Source: the human T2T-CHM13v2.0 reference genome, Homo sapiens. Taken from it: DNA of 64,000 bases. The notes under the pieces are model-generated. The model worked only from the letters and a program-made list of their open reading frames with translations. It made no database searches and was not told the DNA's origin. The stretch lies in the NCBI RefSeq assembly GCF_009914755.1, contig NC_060932.1; one strand, written 5' to 3'. The position numbers and the translations under genes were made by a program. Shown piece after piece: positions 40,850 to 54,110 of the stretch; the stretch's first letter is position 1, and each line of letters begins with the position of its first letter.

Positions 40850-42104
40850 AATCCACTATGTAGAAAATGTCTCCTGTGGATACTGGAAAGTAGCTACCTA
40901 TCTCAGGGAAAACAATGGCAAACCCATGAATAAGCTGATAGCTTTGACTAATAGGATATCTTAGTTGCTGGGTTAAAATATGAGACTTGTGTTCAGATTA
41001 CAGTATCTTTCATTTTTATAAGAGAACCTTTTTTTTTGAGAAAACATATGTCACGTTCACACAATCTGGAAATGAATATTCTTATTCCTACCCCAATCTC
41101 ATTTTCTTTTCTAGTTTTTTTTTTTTTTTTTTCCTGTTCTTTGCAGCTCACAGGGATAAGGCAGGCAGAGTAGGAGGTAAAGGAAGAGTACTCATGCCAA
41201 TATGGCTCTTTGAGTAATTACCCTGCAGATGAGTTCCTCCAAGCACTAAAGGAGTGAGTCAGATCCTCCCTTTGCCATTCAGGTTCCCTGAAGTACGTCT
41301 GAAGGAAAATAACAGGTCATCCAGTCTTTTTCCAATTTGGAGCTGTTGAATTGCCACTGTTGTACTCCTTCCATATCTGAGTATCAACTGTAATATTATT
41401 TAGTAAATAATTTTTTAAATGGCTCAATTTTTTATTCAAATAATTTCTTTAAAAATGATATCTTACTAACCAGTTTATCAAAAATAGAGTTAAATAAAAA
41501 TATGTAGAAGGAATTAAATAATATCATGTTATTTAATTACCACTAAATACTGTTGCCTACTAAAACTGCTCTTTGATCCCTGCTCTCTGTTAACAAGATT
41601 AGTAAGATAATAAAGCCTTATTAATTTGAAACTGAGACACCTTTCCTTGACATGATCAGAAGGAATGAAAGATAATCGAGAAGAAATAATTTTCTCACTT
41701 TATGATTTAAGATTATGTAATGCCCTATCTATAAATTATTAATAATCTTTCCATACAAAGCAGAGGTTAAAAACAAAATGGGAATAGGGTGTCTGTTGCT
41801 GATAGTGTACAAGGTAAAAAATACATTTGTTCTACCAGACTCATACATTTTAGATTGATACATTTGAAAGCAATCTAGTCCTCCTGTTTACACTGCATTT
41901 GCTCTTGCTTCTGTAGTGAACAGCTCAAGTGGATTTAAAAAGAAAGAAGAGAAAAAGAAAAAGAACCCAAATCTTTGTCTTTGATGTAAATTTTATAATT
42001 TGGTTTTGGAGAGAGAGTAACCACATGAACAATAGAGAACAAAGCAATCTTAAAGCAAGTTGTTTAAGTGTCCGACAGCACAGTAATAGCTGACTTTTGT
42101 TGTC

Positions 42105-42330
42105 TTTTAATAATAATATTGTATACAAAGCATTTATTATGGGCCAGACGTGATATTAAGTACTTTAAAAACATTATCTCATTTAATCTTTCTGCTAATC
42201 CAATGAGGTAGGTACATCGTTATTCCCATTTTTGGATGGAGAAACCAAAGTTCAAAAAGAAAAAGAAACAAGCTCAGGACAACACAATGGTAATGGGAAG
42301 ACAGGATTCAAATCCAGCCTATCTCAGTTC
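42105..42330 (-). mobile_element. MIR SINE
   Basis: ATTATCTCATTTAATC, ATGAGGTAGGTAC, CCCATTTT..GATGGAGAAAC and CAGGATTCAAATCCAG. Confidence 0.8.
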
Positions 42331-43674
42331 CCATTATTTATTGGATAAAGAATAGAGTCTAAGGGGGTAAGCCAGGAGAATTCAACTAACTTGCTTTTCA
42401 TTTTAATTTGGGTTCTGACTACTACAATTTTTTTCTGTATAGAAACAGTAGCACATCCTCAAATCCTCCACTTAGATAACAGTTTTAACCCCTGTCTATT
42501 GGCAGAATTAAAGAGCTTCTCCGAAGCCCCAACTCCACTGGAGAATATGTTGTGGGGGTGGAGCAAGTGCAGTGCCCAGTGCTTAGAGGTTTATCAAAAA
42601 GGATTGTGTAAAAATCCTTTAATCTACCACAACTGGAACACAGGCTACAAAATCAGCCCATACTCTTAGTTTTAAAAACTAAACCATGGCCACTACACGA
42701 ACTATTCCCCAGCCTGTGTTGGGAAGGCATCAAAAGCCTATTGCTCTTAAGTATTGCCATGGGGCAGAGCATAAATTCTTGTCTTAAAAGCTCAAGCTTG
42801 CACTGAAGTGTGACTCAAAATCAAAGGGCAAATTCAAATTAAAATCATGGGCTGGGATATGATGAAGGGAATGTTATCAAATATCTACCTGAACTCCTGG
42901 GGAGAAAGTTCAATTTGCTGTGCAGACAGCTATAGCTGGAATGTAGCAAAGCTAAATCCCCATCCCCAGCTGGAATATTCAGACACAGGGCTGCTATGTT
43001 TTTGGAGCTCCAGCAGGTGTTGTCTGGAGTTTGACCAAAACAACAGTAGCTCAGCTGCCAGCGAACTGAATTACACCTGAAGCCTTTCTAGGCATAAATG
43101 ACTGTTCTTTGCACTCTCTCCACCTCCTCTCCTCCAATCTGGTCCAACTTCCTAGATTCATATCACATAAAAATCCTTGTATTTAACAGCAATTAAAAGC
43201 AATATTAAGATGGAATGCCAATCAATATTAATATTCAATCTGTGCCAATCAGCCTAACCTGTTTTCTAGGCTAATTTTTAGCCAGGAAAAATTAATCTCT
43301 CTTAGAAATTAAAGTCCAAATAAGTCACAACTGTTTTCATGCTTAGAAAATGTATCTATCCATTTGTTTAAGGGGCTTACATAAAACTACTGAAGCTAAA
43401 GGAAGCCCTCAGGACTAACAGAATATTCCTGCAGCTCCTATGCTTGCCAAAACTTGGCTGCTGAAAGGATATCACATGAAGCTAAAACAGCTGGGATGTC
43501 TAGGCCTTAGAAACTTCCTTTAAATTTTCATGTTGTGATTTAACATCCTTTTGCAATTATTGTTTAAAATCACTTATAGTTACTTAGTGATTGATCAGCA
43601 AAAATCAGTAATTTGATGTCTGGTGTAAGAGGAGCCTCTCTCAGAATCAGTTTTCTACTTTCTTCAGTGTACAG

Positions 43675-43855
43675 AGCCAGATTCAGCAACTGGGGCTGTC
43701 AATATAGAGAAACAACTGGGGAGTTTTTTTTAAATGTGAGTGCAGAACCCTTTCCCAGACAAATTAAATCAGAATCATTGGAGACAAGGTCCTGACTTTA
43801 GTGACTTTATAGGTTCCCAGATGATTCAAATATACAGGCACAGTTGAGGAAAGTT
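43675..43855. mobile_element. MER5A-like hAT-Charlie element
   Basis: CCCAGAC..ATTAAATCAGAATC and TTCCCAGATGATTC..ATATACAG..CAGTTGAG. Confidence 0.65.
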
Positions 43856-44583
43856 AGTTTAGGTTGTGAAATCCTACGCATGAAAAGTAACACATTGTAA
43901 TGGCTTAAAAATGGGAAAGATAATGCTGTATATTTTGCACATGGGCAGAAAGTATATATACGCACACAGACATAAACACATGTATGTGTTTAATACACAA
44001 TATGTAAAGGGCTTGGTCAAATTCTCTATAACAAATTTTGTGTAGATTCCTATTGTTATTTTAAAAGGGAGGAAATTATTGGTTTGGGAAGCAAAGAAGA
44101 CAAAATTAATTTTAGTTAAAAAATTGATTCAAAGGGCCAGCTTATCCTCATAATTATTTTTTAATGTTTCATTCTGGGAAGACTACTACATATTACACTA
44201 GTTTTTATGTCGTAGGTAGAAACTTAATTAAATAGCAGTCTCACATATTCAGAATCTGCTTAAAAACAATTAATTTCTTTGTATACATATTTTTTAAATT
44301 TACCTGGGTCCAAGCATTATTGAACTCTTGCAACAATAATTAAGCAACAAACTTTAATAATTATTAAAATACCTTGGAACTAATGATAATTGTTCTTTTT
44401 AAGCTTTCGGAGCTCCCAAGCCGGAAAGAATATATGTAATTGGCTAAAATACTTACAAGGCTCTGGAGGAATTCTTCTAATGAAAAGCAAGATGGGAGAC
44501 TTGCATCTATTGAATGGCTACCTTGTGTCAGACATTGTGTTAGGCACATTATCTCACTGAGTCCTAAACTAATCCCTGTAGAA

Positions 44584-44766
44584 CAGGGGTCAGCAAACTA
44601 TGGCCAAGGGCCAAATTTCACATTTGTAGATAGTTTTATCGTTACATAGCCATACTCATTCATTTACCTATCATCTGTGGCTTCTTTCTTGCTAAAAAGC
44701 AGGGTTTAGTAATTGCAACAGGGATCATATTGTCAGGTCCTTCACAGAAAAAGGTTACTAATCCTA
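44584..44766. mobile_element. MER58A inserted in a minus-strand MIR
   Basis: CAGGGGTCAGCAAACTATGGCC start. Degenerate 8-bp TSD CTGTAGAA / TTATAGAA. Confidence 0.8.
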
Positions 44767-45092
44767 TTATAGAACATTTATGATTATCTGTTTTTGATGA
44801 AGGAATCAACGTTAAATTCAAAAGCACCAAAGCATTAATTTTTCTTCAGAAACTATTGTTGACTGAGAAAATGACCTCAAGAAGTGAACTAGCTTGAGAG
44901 ATGACATGCTAATGATTAAGTAACTAATATTATATACAACTTGAATGTTTCTATAGTTTTGAAACAATAGGCAATTACCCTTGCGTTCAGATATCATATG
45001 AGTTTCTCATTGCTTCTTGAATGAAACAGAATCAGGAAATAAAGATGTCATTTATTGAGTTTGGATAAATGAACTAGAGCTGACATCTGTGA

Positions 45093-45308
<216 letters not shown>

Positions 45309-46659
45309 TAGTCATGAAAATACTCCATTACTTGAAATGTGGATATATGTCAAGAGACAGAAAATAATCACAAAAGAGATTTGTTCTAAGCAAAATTATA
45401 TGCTGAACTTTTAATTTTTGTTGGTGAGAAGGACACTTCCTCCCTACTCCTGATGCTTCCTTCCATTTGAAAGGAGCTGCACTAGCATAACACCTGGCCT
45501 ACCTCTGTGCTTTCTCTTTCCTTGCAAAAATCTAATTTTTTCCCACCCATCCTCTATCACTCTGATGCCATGAGTATCTGCTAAGATCTTTGGCAACACT
45601 GGGTATGGTGGGTTTCCACTAAGTTGTAAACATATCTTTGTCTGAAATAGTTGGCCCAGGAGCCTGGAGACTGGCTTGTTTTCTAAATTTGGTGGGTGAG
45701 TGGGGCCAGTTCTCAGATAGTCTTTTGGGACTGTCAAGTGAGGCATGAGAGATTTGGCTTGAGACAGACTTGGCTGCAGCTGCTGAAGAAATCATAGCAC
45801 TCCTCAGTCATCGAGAACCATCTGGCTGGGACTGAGCAGAACAGGAAGTTGAGGTGGTTGATGAATTTTGGACTTCAATTCCTGTGAAATTAGCCCACAA
45901 GGGCAGTAAGATTGATTATGGATTTGAATTACTTTGGATTTTGAATTTTAGAAACTTTATATTTGGACTTTCATTCTCCTTGACAATCTGATCCTGAGGT
46001 TGGGTTTTATGATCAAATGTGGGGCACCTTATTACTATCATGTTATTTTTGGATTAAGTGGTAGATTTGACCATTGTTTCCAACTATTTGCCCAATGAGT
46101 TAAAAAAAAAATTAAAACTGGGACTATTGAGAGATCTTTATTTTTCTTTTTTTTAATGTGAATGAAATGCCCTTTTTACAACTCTCCTAGTCTCTATGAT
46201 TTAATCTGGCCAGTAACTTTTAGAAGCAAAACTGGACAAGTCAAGTTTAATTCCCTCCTCTCCTCTTTCTCTTAGGTACAAGCTACCCATGTGAATTATG
46301 CGTTCTGTTCAGCAATTCTATACTGTAAGCTTTTATGGAGTCAACCTTTGCCCCTGTGCAGGGAGGCTGCCCCAGATCTGCATTGCCCATTCCTTGGGGT
46401 TAAGATGGTATAAATTCACTTGTGCCCCTGGGATTTCTGAAGCAGAATTATAAGATGAAAAATGTCCTGTGACTGTCACTGTTAAGCACTGGAAGAACAG
46501 TGTGACTGTGTGAAAGGCTGTGCTATTCAGTCACAAAGTATCCATCAGTCAATCTTTGTAGAGAACTGTGCAGGGAAGTAGAATGTGGGGACTAGTCATG
46601 CAAAAAACAGGATGAGTTTTTCTTGGGATAAGCTGAAGTCGAGGTATTATGAAAAATTC

Positions 46660-47348
46660 AATGCTAGCAGGGTTGCAGAGAAATAGGAATGCTTTTACAC
46701 TGTTGGTGGGAACGTAAATTAGTTCAACCATTGTGCAAGATGGTGTGGCAATTCCTCAAAGATCTAGAACCAGAAATATCATTTGACCCAGCAATCCCAT
46801 TACTGGGTACATACCCCAAAGGAATATAAATCATTCAAATATAAATCATTCAAATATAAATCCATACAAAGATACATGCACATGTATGTTCGTTGCAGCA
46901 CTATTCACAATAGCAAAGACATGGAATCAACCCAAATGCCCATCAACGACAGACTAGATAAAGAAAATGTGTTACATATACACCATGGAATACTATGCAG
47001 CCATTAAAAAAACGAGATCATGTCCTTTGCAGGGACATGGATGGAGCTGGAAGCCATTATCCTCAGCAAACTGAGGCAGGAACAGAAAACCAAACACTGC
47101 ATGTTCTCACTTATAAGAGGGAGGAAAACAATGAGAACACATGGACACATGGAGGGGAATAACACACACTGAGGCCTGATTGGAGGAGGGAGAGCATTAG
47201 AAAAATAGCTAATGCCTGCTGGGCTTAGTACCTAGATGAAAAGTTGATAGGTGCAGCAAACCACCATGGCACATGTTTACCTATGTAACAAACCTGCACA
47301 TCTTGCACAGGTACTCCAGAACTTAAAATTAAAATTAAAATTAAAAAA
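46660..47348 (+). mobile_element. Older L1PA (about L1PA10-13) 3' end
   Basis: ORF2 end plus 3'UTR AAACCACCATGGCACATGTTTACCTATGTAACAAACCTGCAC. Internal 15-bp tandem repeat AATATAAATCATTCA at 46824-46862. Confidence 0.9.
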
Positions 47349-48284
47349 GGCACATGCAATAAATGAGAGCGAGATGAAGAAAAAAGTCACAGTATGATGG
47401 GGTCATCTGCATAACATAAGTGATATTGAAACCTCTAGGGTAGAATAAAAATAATTTAGAAAAAAAGAACATCAAGAATATACACAGAATTGCCCACACA
47501 CAATACCAAGAGCTTTCGTAACTGAGGAGAAAAAAGCATCAGTGAAGCAGTTCTAGAAGGTTTAAGCAGAAGCAAATAGTAATGTTTCAAAGAGAATTTT
47601 CAGGAGAGAGATCAATGGTATAAAAGTGATGTGAAGTCATCAAGCAGCATGAATTTAAAATACGTCGTCAGATTCAACAATCAACGTGGTAATTGTTGAA
47701 AAGAAAAGGTACATAGAAATGTTGTCAGGGTCACATTGAGTTTTTCTTATTCAGGCTAGGAGATACCAGAAGATGTCTGAAGATGGAGGAAATGCAAACT
47801 AGGAGGAGTTTCCTAGAAATGAGTGGAAATGTTTAGCAGGAGTTGATATTATTAACTATTATCTTAACAAACCTTCAGGCGAACTGCTCTAAGTAATCAC
47901 TTGGAGCACGTTAGTCGTATTCATTCCTTTTGTGTTCACTGCAGATTTCCAAATAGTAGAAGTTTCTGAAGCATATTAGAAGGGATTATAACCTTTACCA
48001 TAATTATACAGCTGAGACATATAAAGTATAAACCTCAAAATAGATGTAAACGATCCACATAATCACAAGGCACAACCACTATGAAAATGCCACAATATTT
48101 TGCAGTTTATCTAAAAGTATCCACATTTCCTGCACTATCGTCTCATTGCACACTAGCAGCTGTTTAAATAATGCTATTTGCCACCTAGGGCACGCTCAAT
48201 ATATTCACAAGGCAAAGTTCTCATAAGTTCCATAAGCAGAGCATTCTTTTTAGCTTTAAACTTAGCTTTAAAGCCTGTAGTTCC

Positions 48285-48414
48285 TAGGTGCACATATGTC
48301 CCAATTTACCTAAACAATTCCAGTTCCTTCCTGTTGTCCTGATGTGATTGTTGATGGCACCCCTTTTCACTCCTGAAAGTGTCCTTGCATGGATGATAGA
48401 TTGTACCATCACCC
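48285..48414. mobile_element. MER94-like hAT-Blackjack MITE
   Basis: CATATGTCCC..TTT..CCTGTTGTCCTG..CCCCTTTTCACTC..AAAGTGTCC..TGGATGATA..TCACCCT. Confidence 0.75.
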
Positions 48415-48789
48415 TCCTCTTACCTCTTACTTTCTCTCTGTTACACTCCAATGCAAGATCCACTCCACTCAGGGTTCTGTCTGACAAATATATTTTATAC
48501 CCAATGACATAAAAATAAATATTACAGATTGATAAAAATATGTGGGCTCATCAGAACATTAGAGCTTATTGCTTGAGAATCACTATTCAAGATAAATGTA
48601 AAAAATGGCAGAAAAGAGAGTGATGACAGAAACTGCAAAGATGCGGCAGTGGCCAGAAACATAATAAAAATCCTAAAACTGAGGTCCACAATGAAACGAA
48701 AAACAGAGTACCTATCAACATTAGAGATGAAAAATAACCTTTACAATGGATTATTATTCAAATTAACTTCTTTAAAAATGCTACCATAT

Positions 48790-50038
48790 TGGGAAAACTG
48801 GCTAGCCATATTTAGCAAGCTGAAACTGGATCCCTTCCTTACACCTTATACAAAAATTAATTTGAGATGGATTAAAGACTCAAATATTAGACCTAAAACC
48901 ATAAAAACCCTAGAAGAAAATCTAGGCAATACCATTCAGGACATAGGCATGGGCAAGGACTTCATGTCTAAAACACCAAAAGCAATGGCAACAAAAGCCA
49001 AAATTGACAAGTGGGATCTAATTAAACTAAAGAGCTTCTGCACAGCAAAAGAAACTCCCATCAGAGTGAACAGGCAACCTACAGAATGGGAGAAAATTTT
49101 TGCAATCTACTTATCTGACAAAGGGCTAATATCCAGAATCTACTAAGAACTCAAACAAATGTACAAGAAAAAAACAAACAACCCCATCAATAAGTGGGCA
49201 CAGGATATGAACAGACACTTCTCAAAAGAAGACATTTATGCAGCCAACACACACATGAAAAAATGCTCATCATCACTGGCCATCAGAGAAATGCAAATCA
49301 AAACCACAATGAGATACCATCTCACACCAGTTAGAATGGTGATCATTAAAAAGTCAGGAAACAACAGGTGCTGGAGAGGAAGTGGAGAAATAGGAACACT
49401 TTTACACTGTTGGTGGGACTGTAAACTAGTTCAACCATGGTGGAAAACAGTATGGCGATTCCTCAAGGATCTAGAACTAGAAATACCATTTGACCCAGCC
49501 ATTCCATTACTGGGTATATACCCAAAGGATTATCAATCATGCTGCTATAAAGACACATGCACACATATGTTTATTGCGGCACTATTCACAATAGCAAAGA
49601 CTTGGAACCAACCCAAATGTCCATCAATGATAGACTGGATTAAGAAAATGTGGCATATATACACCATGGAATACTATGCAGCCATAAAAAAGGATGAGTT
49701 CATGTTCTTTGTAGGGACATGGATGAAGCTGGAAACCATCATTCTCAGCAAACTCTCGCAAGGACAAAAACCAAACACTGCGTGTTCTCACTCATAGGTG
49801 GGAATTGAACAATGAGAACACTTGGACACAGGAAGGGGAACATCACACACTGGGGCCTGTAATGGGGTAGGGGGAGGGGAGAGGGATAGCATTAAGAGAT
49901 ATATCTAATGTAAATGACAAGTTAATGGGTGCAGCACAACAACATGGCACATGTATACATATGTAACAAACCTGCATGTTGTGCACATGTACCCTAGAAG
50001 TTAAAGTATAATAAAAAATAAATAAAAAATAAATAAAG
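48790..50038 (+). mobile_element. 5'-truncated L1PA4/5-like LINE-1 with a 16-bp TSD
   Basis: ORF2 C-terminal peptides WENWLAI... and [18 protein letters not shown], then 3'UTR and A tail. TSD AAAAATGCTA(C/G)CATAT at 48774-48789 and 50039-50054, at a TTT/AAAA endonuclease site. Confidence 0.96.
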
Positions 50039-50404
50039 AAAAATGCTAGCATATATAATTTTCACAAAATATCAACTTCATAATGTCCCATTCAGGTTCG
50101 GATGCCCTCGGTGACTCTTGGTTACCTACACAGACTTAGCTAGACTTGCAGTTTGCACCATTCAGCTTCAACGTCCTTTTCCAAAATCCTCTCTCCCTAA
50201 TTTGAACTCCTTGGAGAAATTTGAGCTCCTTTTCCTTATTTATTATGGTCAATTGGCTGCATTGCTCATGAGGCAGTGATAAGGTTTCCTAGCTTCTCTG
50301 GCCTATTCAACTGTATCTATTCTGCTTCGGGTAACATTCTGCTGCTCAGCGTGATTACTATTTTCTCCTGACTGTGAAGCACCTACAGTGGGGAATTCAA
50401 AATC

Positions 50405-50570
50405 TGGCTGGTCATCTAAGTGAAATGGTACATTTTAAAAAGAAAGCTTCCCAGGCACCATTCTAGAGTTACAGGTTCAATTCTCTGGGGAATAGGATTC
50501 AGGAATCTGTACGTTTTACAAGACCTTTACATTGTTCTCACATGCAGGGTCTCTACCACACATTAGTCAC
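50405..50570. mobile_element. MER5-like fragment
   Basis: TTCCCAGGC..CA..CTAGAG and CAGGAATCTGTA..TTTTACAAG. Confidence 0.5.
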
Positions 50571-50589
50571 TTAATCTGTGCTCCATTAT

Positions 50590-52025
50590 TTTTGTTTTAT
50601 ATGTGCTTCTCAGGTTCACAAATGACCTCTATGTTGCTAAATGCAGCAGTCAATTCAGTTTCTACAAATTGCATTTGATACAGTTTATATGACATATATA
50701 CCACATATCCACCACACACACACACACACACACACCCCTCCCTCTTCCATACCCCTACCCCAGGAATTTCTACACTTAGCTACATCCTTGTCTCAGTTTT
50801 CCTACTACCTCACAAATCACTCCTTCTCACTCACCTTTCCTGGTTTCTCCAGTTCTCCAGATCTTCAGTTTTAGAAGCGATCAAGGGTGTACCCCTTGAA
50901 TTTTTATCTTTTGTATCCAAATTTATTCCTAGATGATTCCATTCAATTTTATTGCTTTAAATACTACCTCTAGGCTGCCAACTTACAGACCAATATCTCC
51001 AAACTAGACCTCTCCCTGCAAGTCCAGGCTTCCATATCCACTCACCTACTTGACACAGCCACTTGCCTAATGGGCACCTCTAGCTCAGCGTGACTGAGGG
51101 TGATCTCACCACCCCACCCAGACCTGCTTGTCCATCAGTCTACTTCATCTCATCCTTTGCTCAGTCCGAAAGCTTCAGAGATTTTGGCATTCCTCCTTTC
51201 CAATCTAACCCACCAGAAAGTCCTTTCGGATATACTTTTTAAATGTACCCCAAGTCTAATCACTTATCACCCTCCCTGACTTATAGCAAGTCACCATCAT
51301 GGCTCATCTGGATTCCTGCAGTAGCCTCCCAAATGGTCTCCCACTTCCATCTTTTTCCTTCCCTCTAATCACCACTCTCAGCCAAAGTGATGCTGTTCAG
51401 ATGGAAGTCTCATCTTTCTCTCATCTACAAAAATAAATAAATAAGAAAACCTAAACAAACAAAAAGCCCTCTAATGCCTTTCTATCTTAGAGTGGAAGCC
51501 TGAGTCTTTCTAAGATGGACAAGGCTCTATGTGGCCTGGTTCTCTGTCACCCTGTTATCTCATCTCCTGCTATTCTGCCCCTCATTCACCTGTTCCAAGC
51601 CATTCCATCTCCCAGCCATTCCTCCAACATGCCAGGCATGCTTCCTACCCAGGCCTCTTCCCCCAGATATCCACAGGGCTCCCTCTCTGGCCTCCTTGGG
51701 TCTTTATTCAAGTGACACCTTCTTCACGGGGCCTTTCTGGGCCACCCTGTCTATAACTTCAACTCCTTCTCCCACCCTTCATTCCCTGTGCTATGTTTCA
51801 TCCTCAGCACATACTCCTCATCACTATCTAATTTATCTACAATTTACTTATGTTGCTCATTGTCGTCCCCAGTTAGCCAACTAGAATATAAGCCCCACGA
51901 CAGCAGGAATTTTTGCTTGCTTTTTTTTTTTTTTTGTCTTTTTATTCAGTGCAGTAGCATATCCCATGACCTAATACAGGGTCTGGCATATAGTAAGTAC
52001 TCAATATTTATTGAATAAATAAATG
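50590..52025 (+). mobile_element. L2a 3' region
   Basis: CACAAATGACCTC, TGCAGTAGCCTCCCAAATGGTCTCCC, CTAGAATATAAGC and TGGCATATAGTAAGTACTCAATATTTATTGAATAAAT. Confidence 0.85.
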
Positions 52026-52107
52026 TGTGTTTGTTGTATTTCCCTAATACAAGAATTCAGCCTAGCACAATATCCAATATACAGAAGGATCTGAAAAAAT
52101 ATCGGTT

Positions 52108-52305
52108 TTGAGACACTGGGTCCTACTTGAGGGTGAAGGTTGGGAGGAGGATGAGGATCGAAAAATTACCTATTGGGTACTACGCTTAATTACCTGACTG
52201 ATGAAATAATCTGTACACCAAACCTCTGTGTCACACAATTTACCTATAACAAACTTGCATGTGTGCTCTTGAATCCCAAATAGTTACTAATTTAAAAAAA
52301 AAACT
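52108..52305 (+). mobile_element. L1PA15/16-like 3' tip
   Basis: TACCTATTGGGTACTA..GCTT and ATGAAATAATCTGTACACCAAACC. Confidence 0.8.
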
Positions 52306-52326
52306 CCAAAATACATATATTGAGTA

Positions 52327-52620
52327 TTTTTTTTTTGAGATGGACTTTCACTCTTGTTGCCCAGGCTGGAGTGCAATGGTGCAATCTTAGCTCATTGCAA
52401 CCTCCGCCCACCCAGGTTCAAGCAATTCTCCTGCTTCAGCCTCCTGAGTAACTGGGACTACAGGTGCGTGCCACCATACCCTGCTAATTTTGTGTTTTTA
52501 GTAGAGACAGGGTTTCTCCATGTTGGTCAGGCTGGTCTCGAACTCCTGACCTCAGGTGATCTGTCTGCCTTGGCCTCCCAAAGTGCTGGGATTAAAGGCA
52601 TGAGCCACTGCGCCTGGTCC
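52327..52620 (-). mobile_element. AluS (Sp/Sq-like), followed by (TTTG)n at 52621-52651
   Basis: Reverse-strand Alu dimer with CTCTTGTTGCCCAGG and TTTCTCCATGTTGGTCAGG. Confidence 0.94.
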
Positions 52621-52916
52621 TGTTTTGTTTGTTTGTTTGTTTGTTTGTTTTAATGATTGAGTAAAGCAGAAAGGTTCTCTTCTCAAATTTGGCAAGAACC
52701 AATGTTCATGGTTTCAAGAGTATCACTACTGGCAGCAATAAGGGCCCCACTGCAATGAAGGGGTTTTGAGGGAAGAAAATATGTGTGGAAGACATATCTG
52801 CACAATTTTACACACATTTTCCAAAATTATTTTCTCTTAACGACAGACATAATTCACACCTATATCTTCTCAAAACCCACACTTCTAACAGGATCTGAAA
52901 TACAAGACAAGCACTC

Positions 52917-53353
52917 TGCTGTGGTTTGGATATGTTTTGTTTGGCCCCACCAAGTCTCATGTTGAAATTTGATCCCCAGTGTGGGAGGTGGGAGGTGTTT
53001 GATCACAGTGGGGGATCCCTCATGAATGGCTTGGTGCCATTGTCTTGGGAGTGAGCAGTCTCTCACTCTTAGTTCCCATGAGAACTGGTTGCTGAAAAGA
53101 GCAAGAACTGGTTGTTGAAAGAGCACCTCCCCCTTCTCTCTCTTGTCTCCTCCTCTCCATGTGATCTCTGCACACAGTGGCTCCCGTTCACCTTCTGCCA
53201 TGAGTGGAAACTTGCTGAGGCCCTCATCAAAAGCAGATATTGGTGCCATGCTTGCTGTACAGCCTGCAGAACCATGAGCCAAATAAACCTCTTTTCTTTA
53301 TAAACTACCAAGCCTCAGCTATTCCTTTATAGCAACGCAAATGGACTAAGGCA
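52917..53353 (+). mobile_element. MSTB-like MaLR solo LTR
   Basis: TGCTGTGGTTTGGATATG start, CCAAATAAACCTCTTTTC, and AAATGGACTAAGGCA end. Confidence 0.9.
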
Positions 53354-53378
53354 TAGTCTTATGGAAAAGCTACTTGCA

Positions 53379-53724
<346 letters not shown>

Positions 53725-54019
53725 TTAAATGTCATGCAGGGTATTTGTATTGTCATCTATTGTCATCTATGTCAAGCCTGCATTTCCCCTGTGACTCTCA
53801 CATCACCAAATGCTTGACAATTCTACTCAGGGACAAAGGCATCCAAATCATTTCAACAGCAGTTGCCAGCATTGTATTCTGCATCCCCTCCAAGACAGCT
53901 CTCACTTTATAGACCTTTTATCCTATTCCCAGGGTTCCTCTTCCTCCCTATACCAATCTTTATGGCGCATTTCTATGAATCAAAATGTTCATATGTGAAA
54001 AGGAAAAAAAAAGAACATA

Positions 54020-54110
54020 TTTTTCTTTTTTTAAAAAATGAGATAGGAGTCTCACTATGTTGCCCAGGCTGGTCTCAAACTCCTGAGCTCAAGCAATTCT
54101 CCCACCTCAG
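54020..54110 (-). mobile_element. FLAM/AluJ fragment
   Basis: GTCTCACTATGTTGCCCAGGCTGGTCTCAAACTCCTGAGCTCAAG. Confidence 0.85.

Noticed and set aside
45560-46130. GC-balanced segment that may be an ancient LTR
   Set aside because: I could not match it confidently to any family and saw no clear termini or TSD, so it is left unannotated.
48649-49146. 165-aa ORF with a novel N-terminus fused to L1 ORF2 sequence
   Set aside because: It is a chance read-through from flanking DNA into a 5'-truncated L1 (junction at 48790). It starts at GTG and ends at a premature stop.
49159-49797. 212-aa ORF
   Set aside because: It is the C-terminal part of L1 ORF2p in a truncated copy, with a terminal frameshift, so it is not a host gene.
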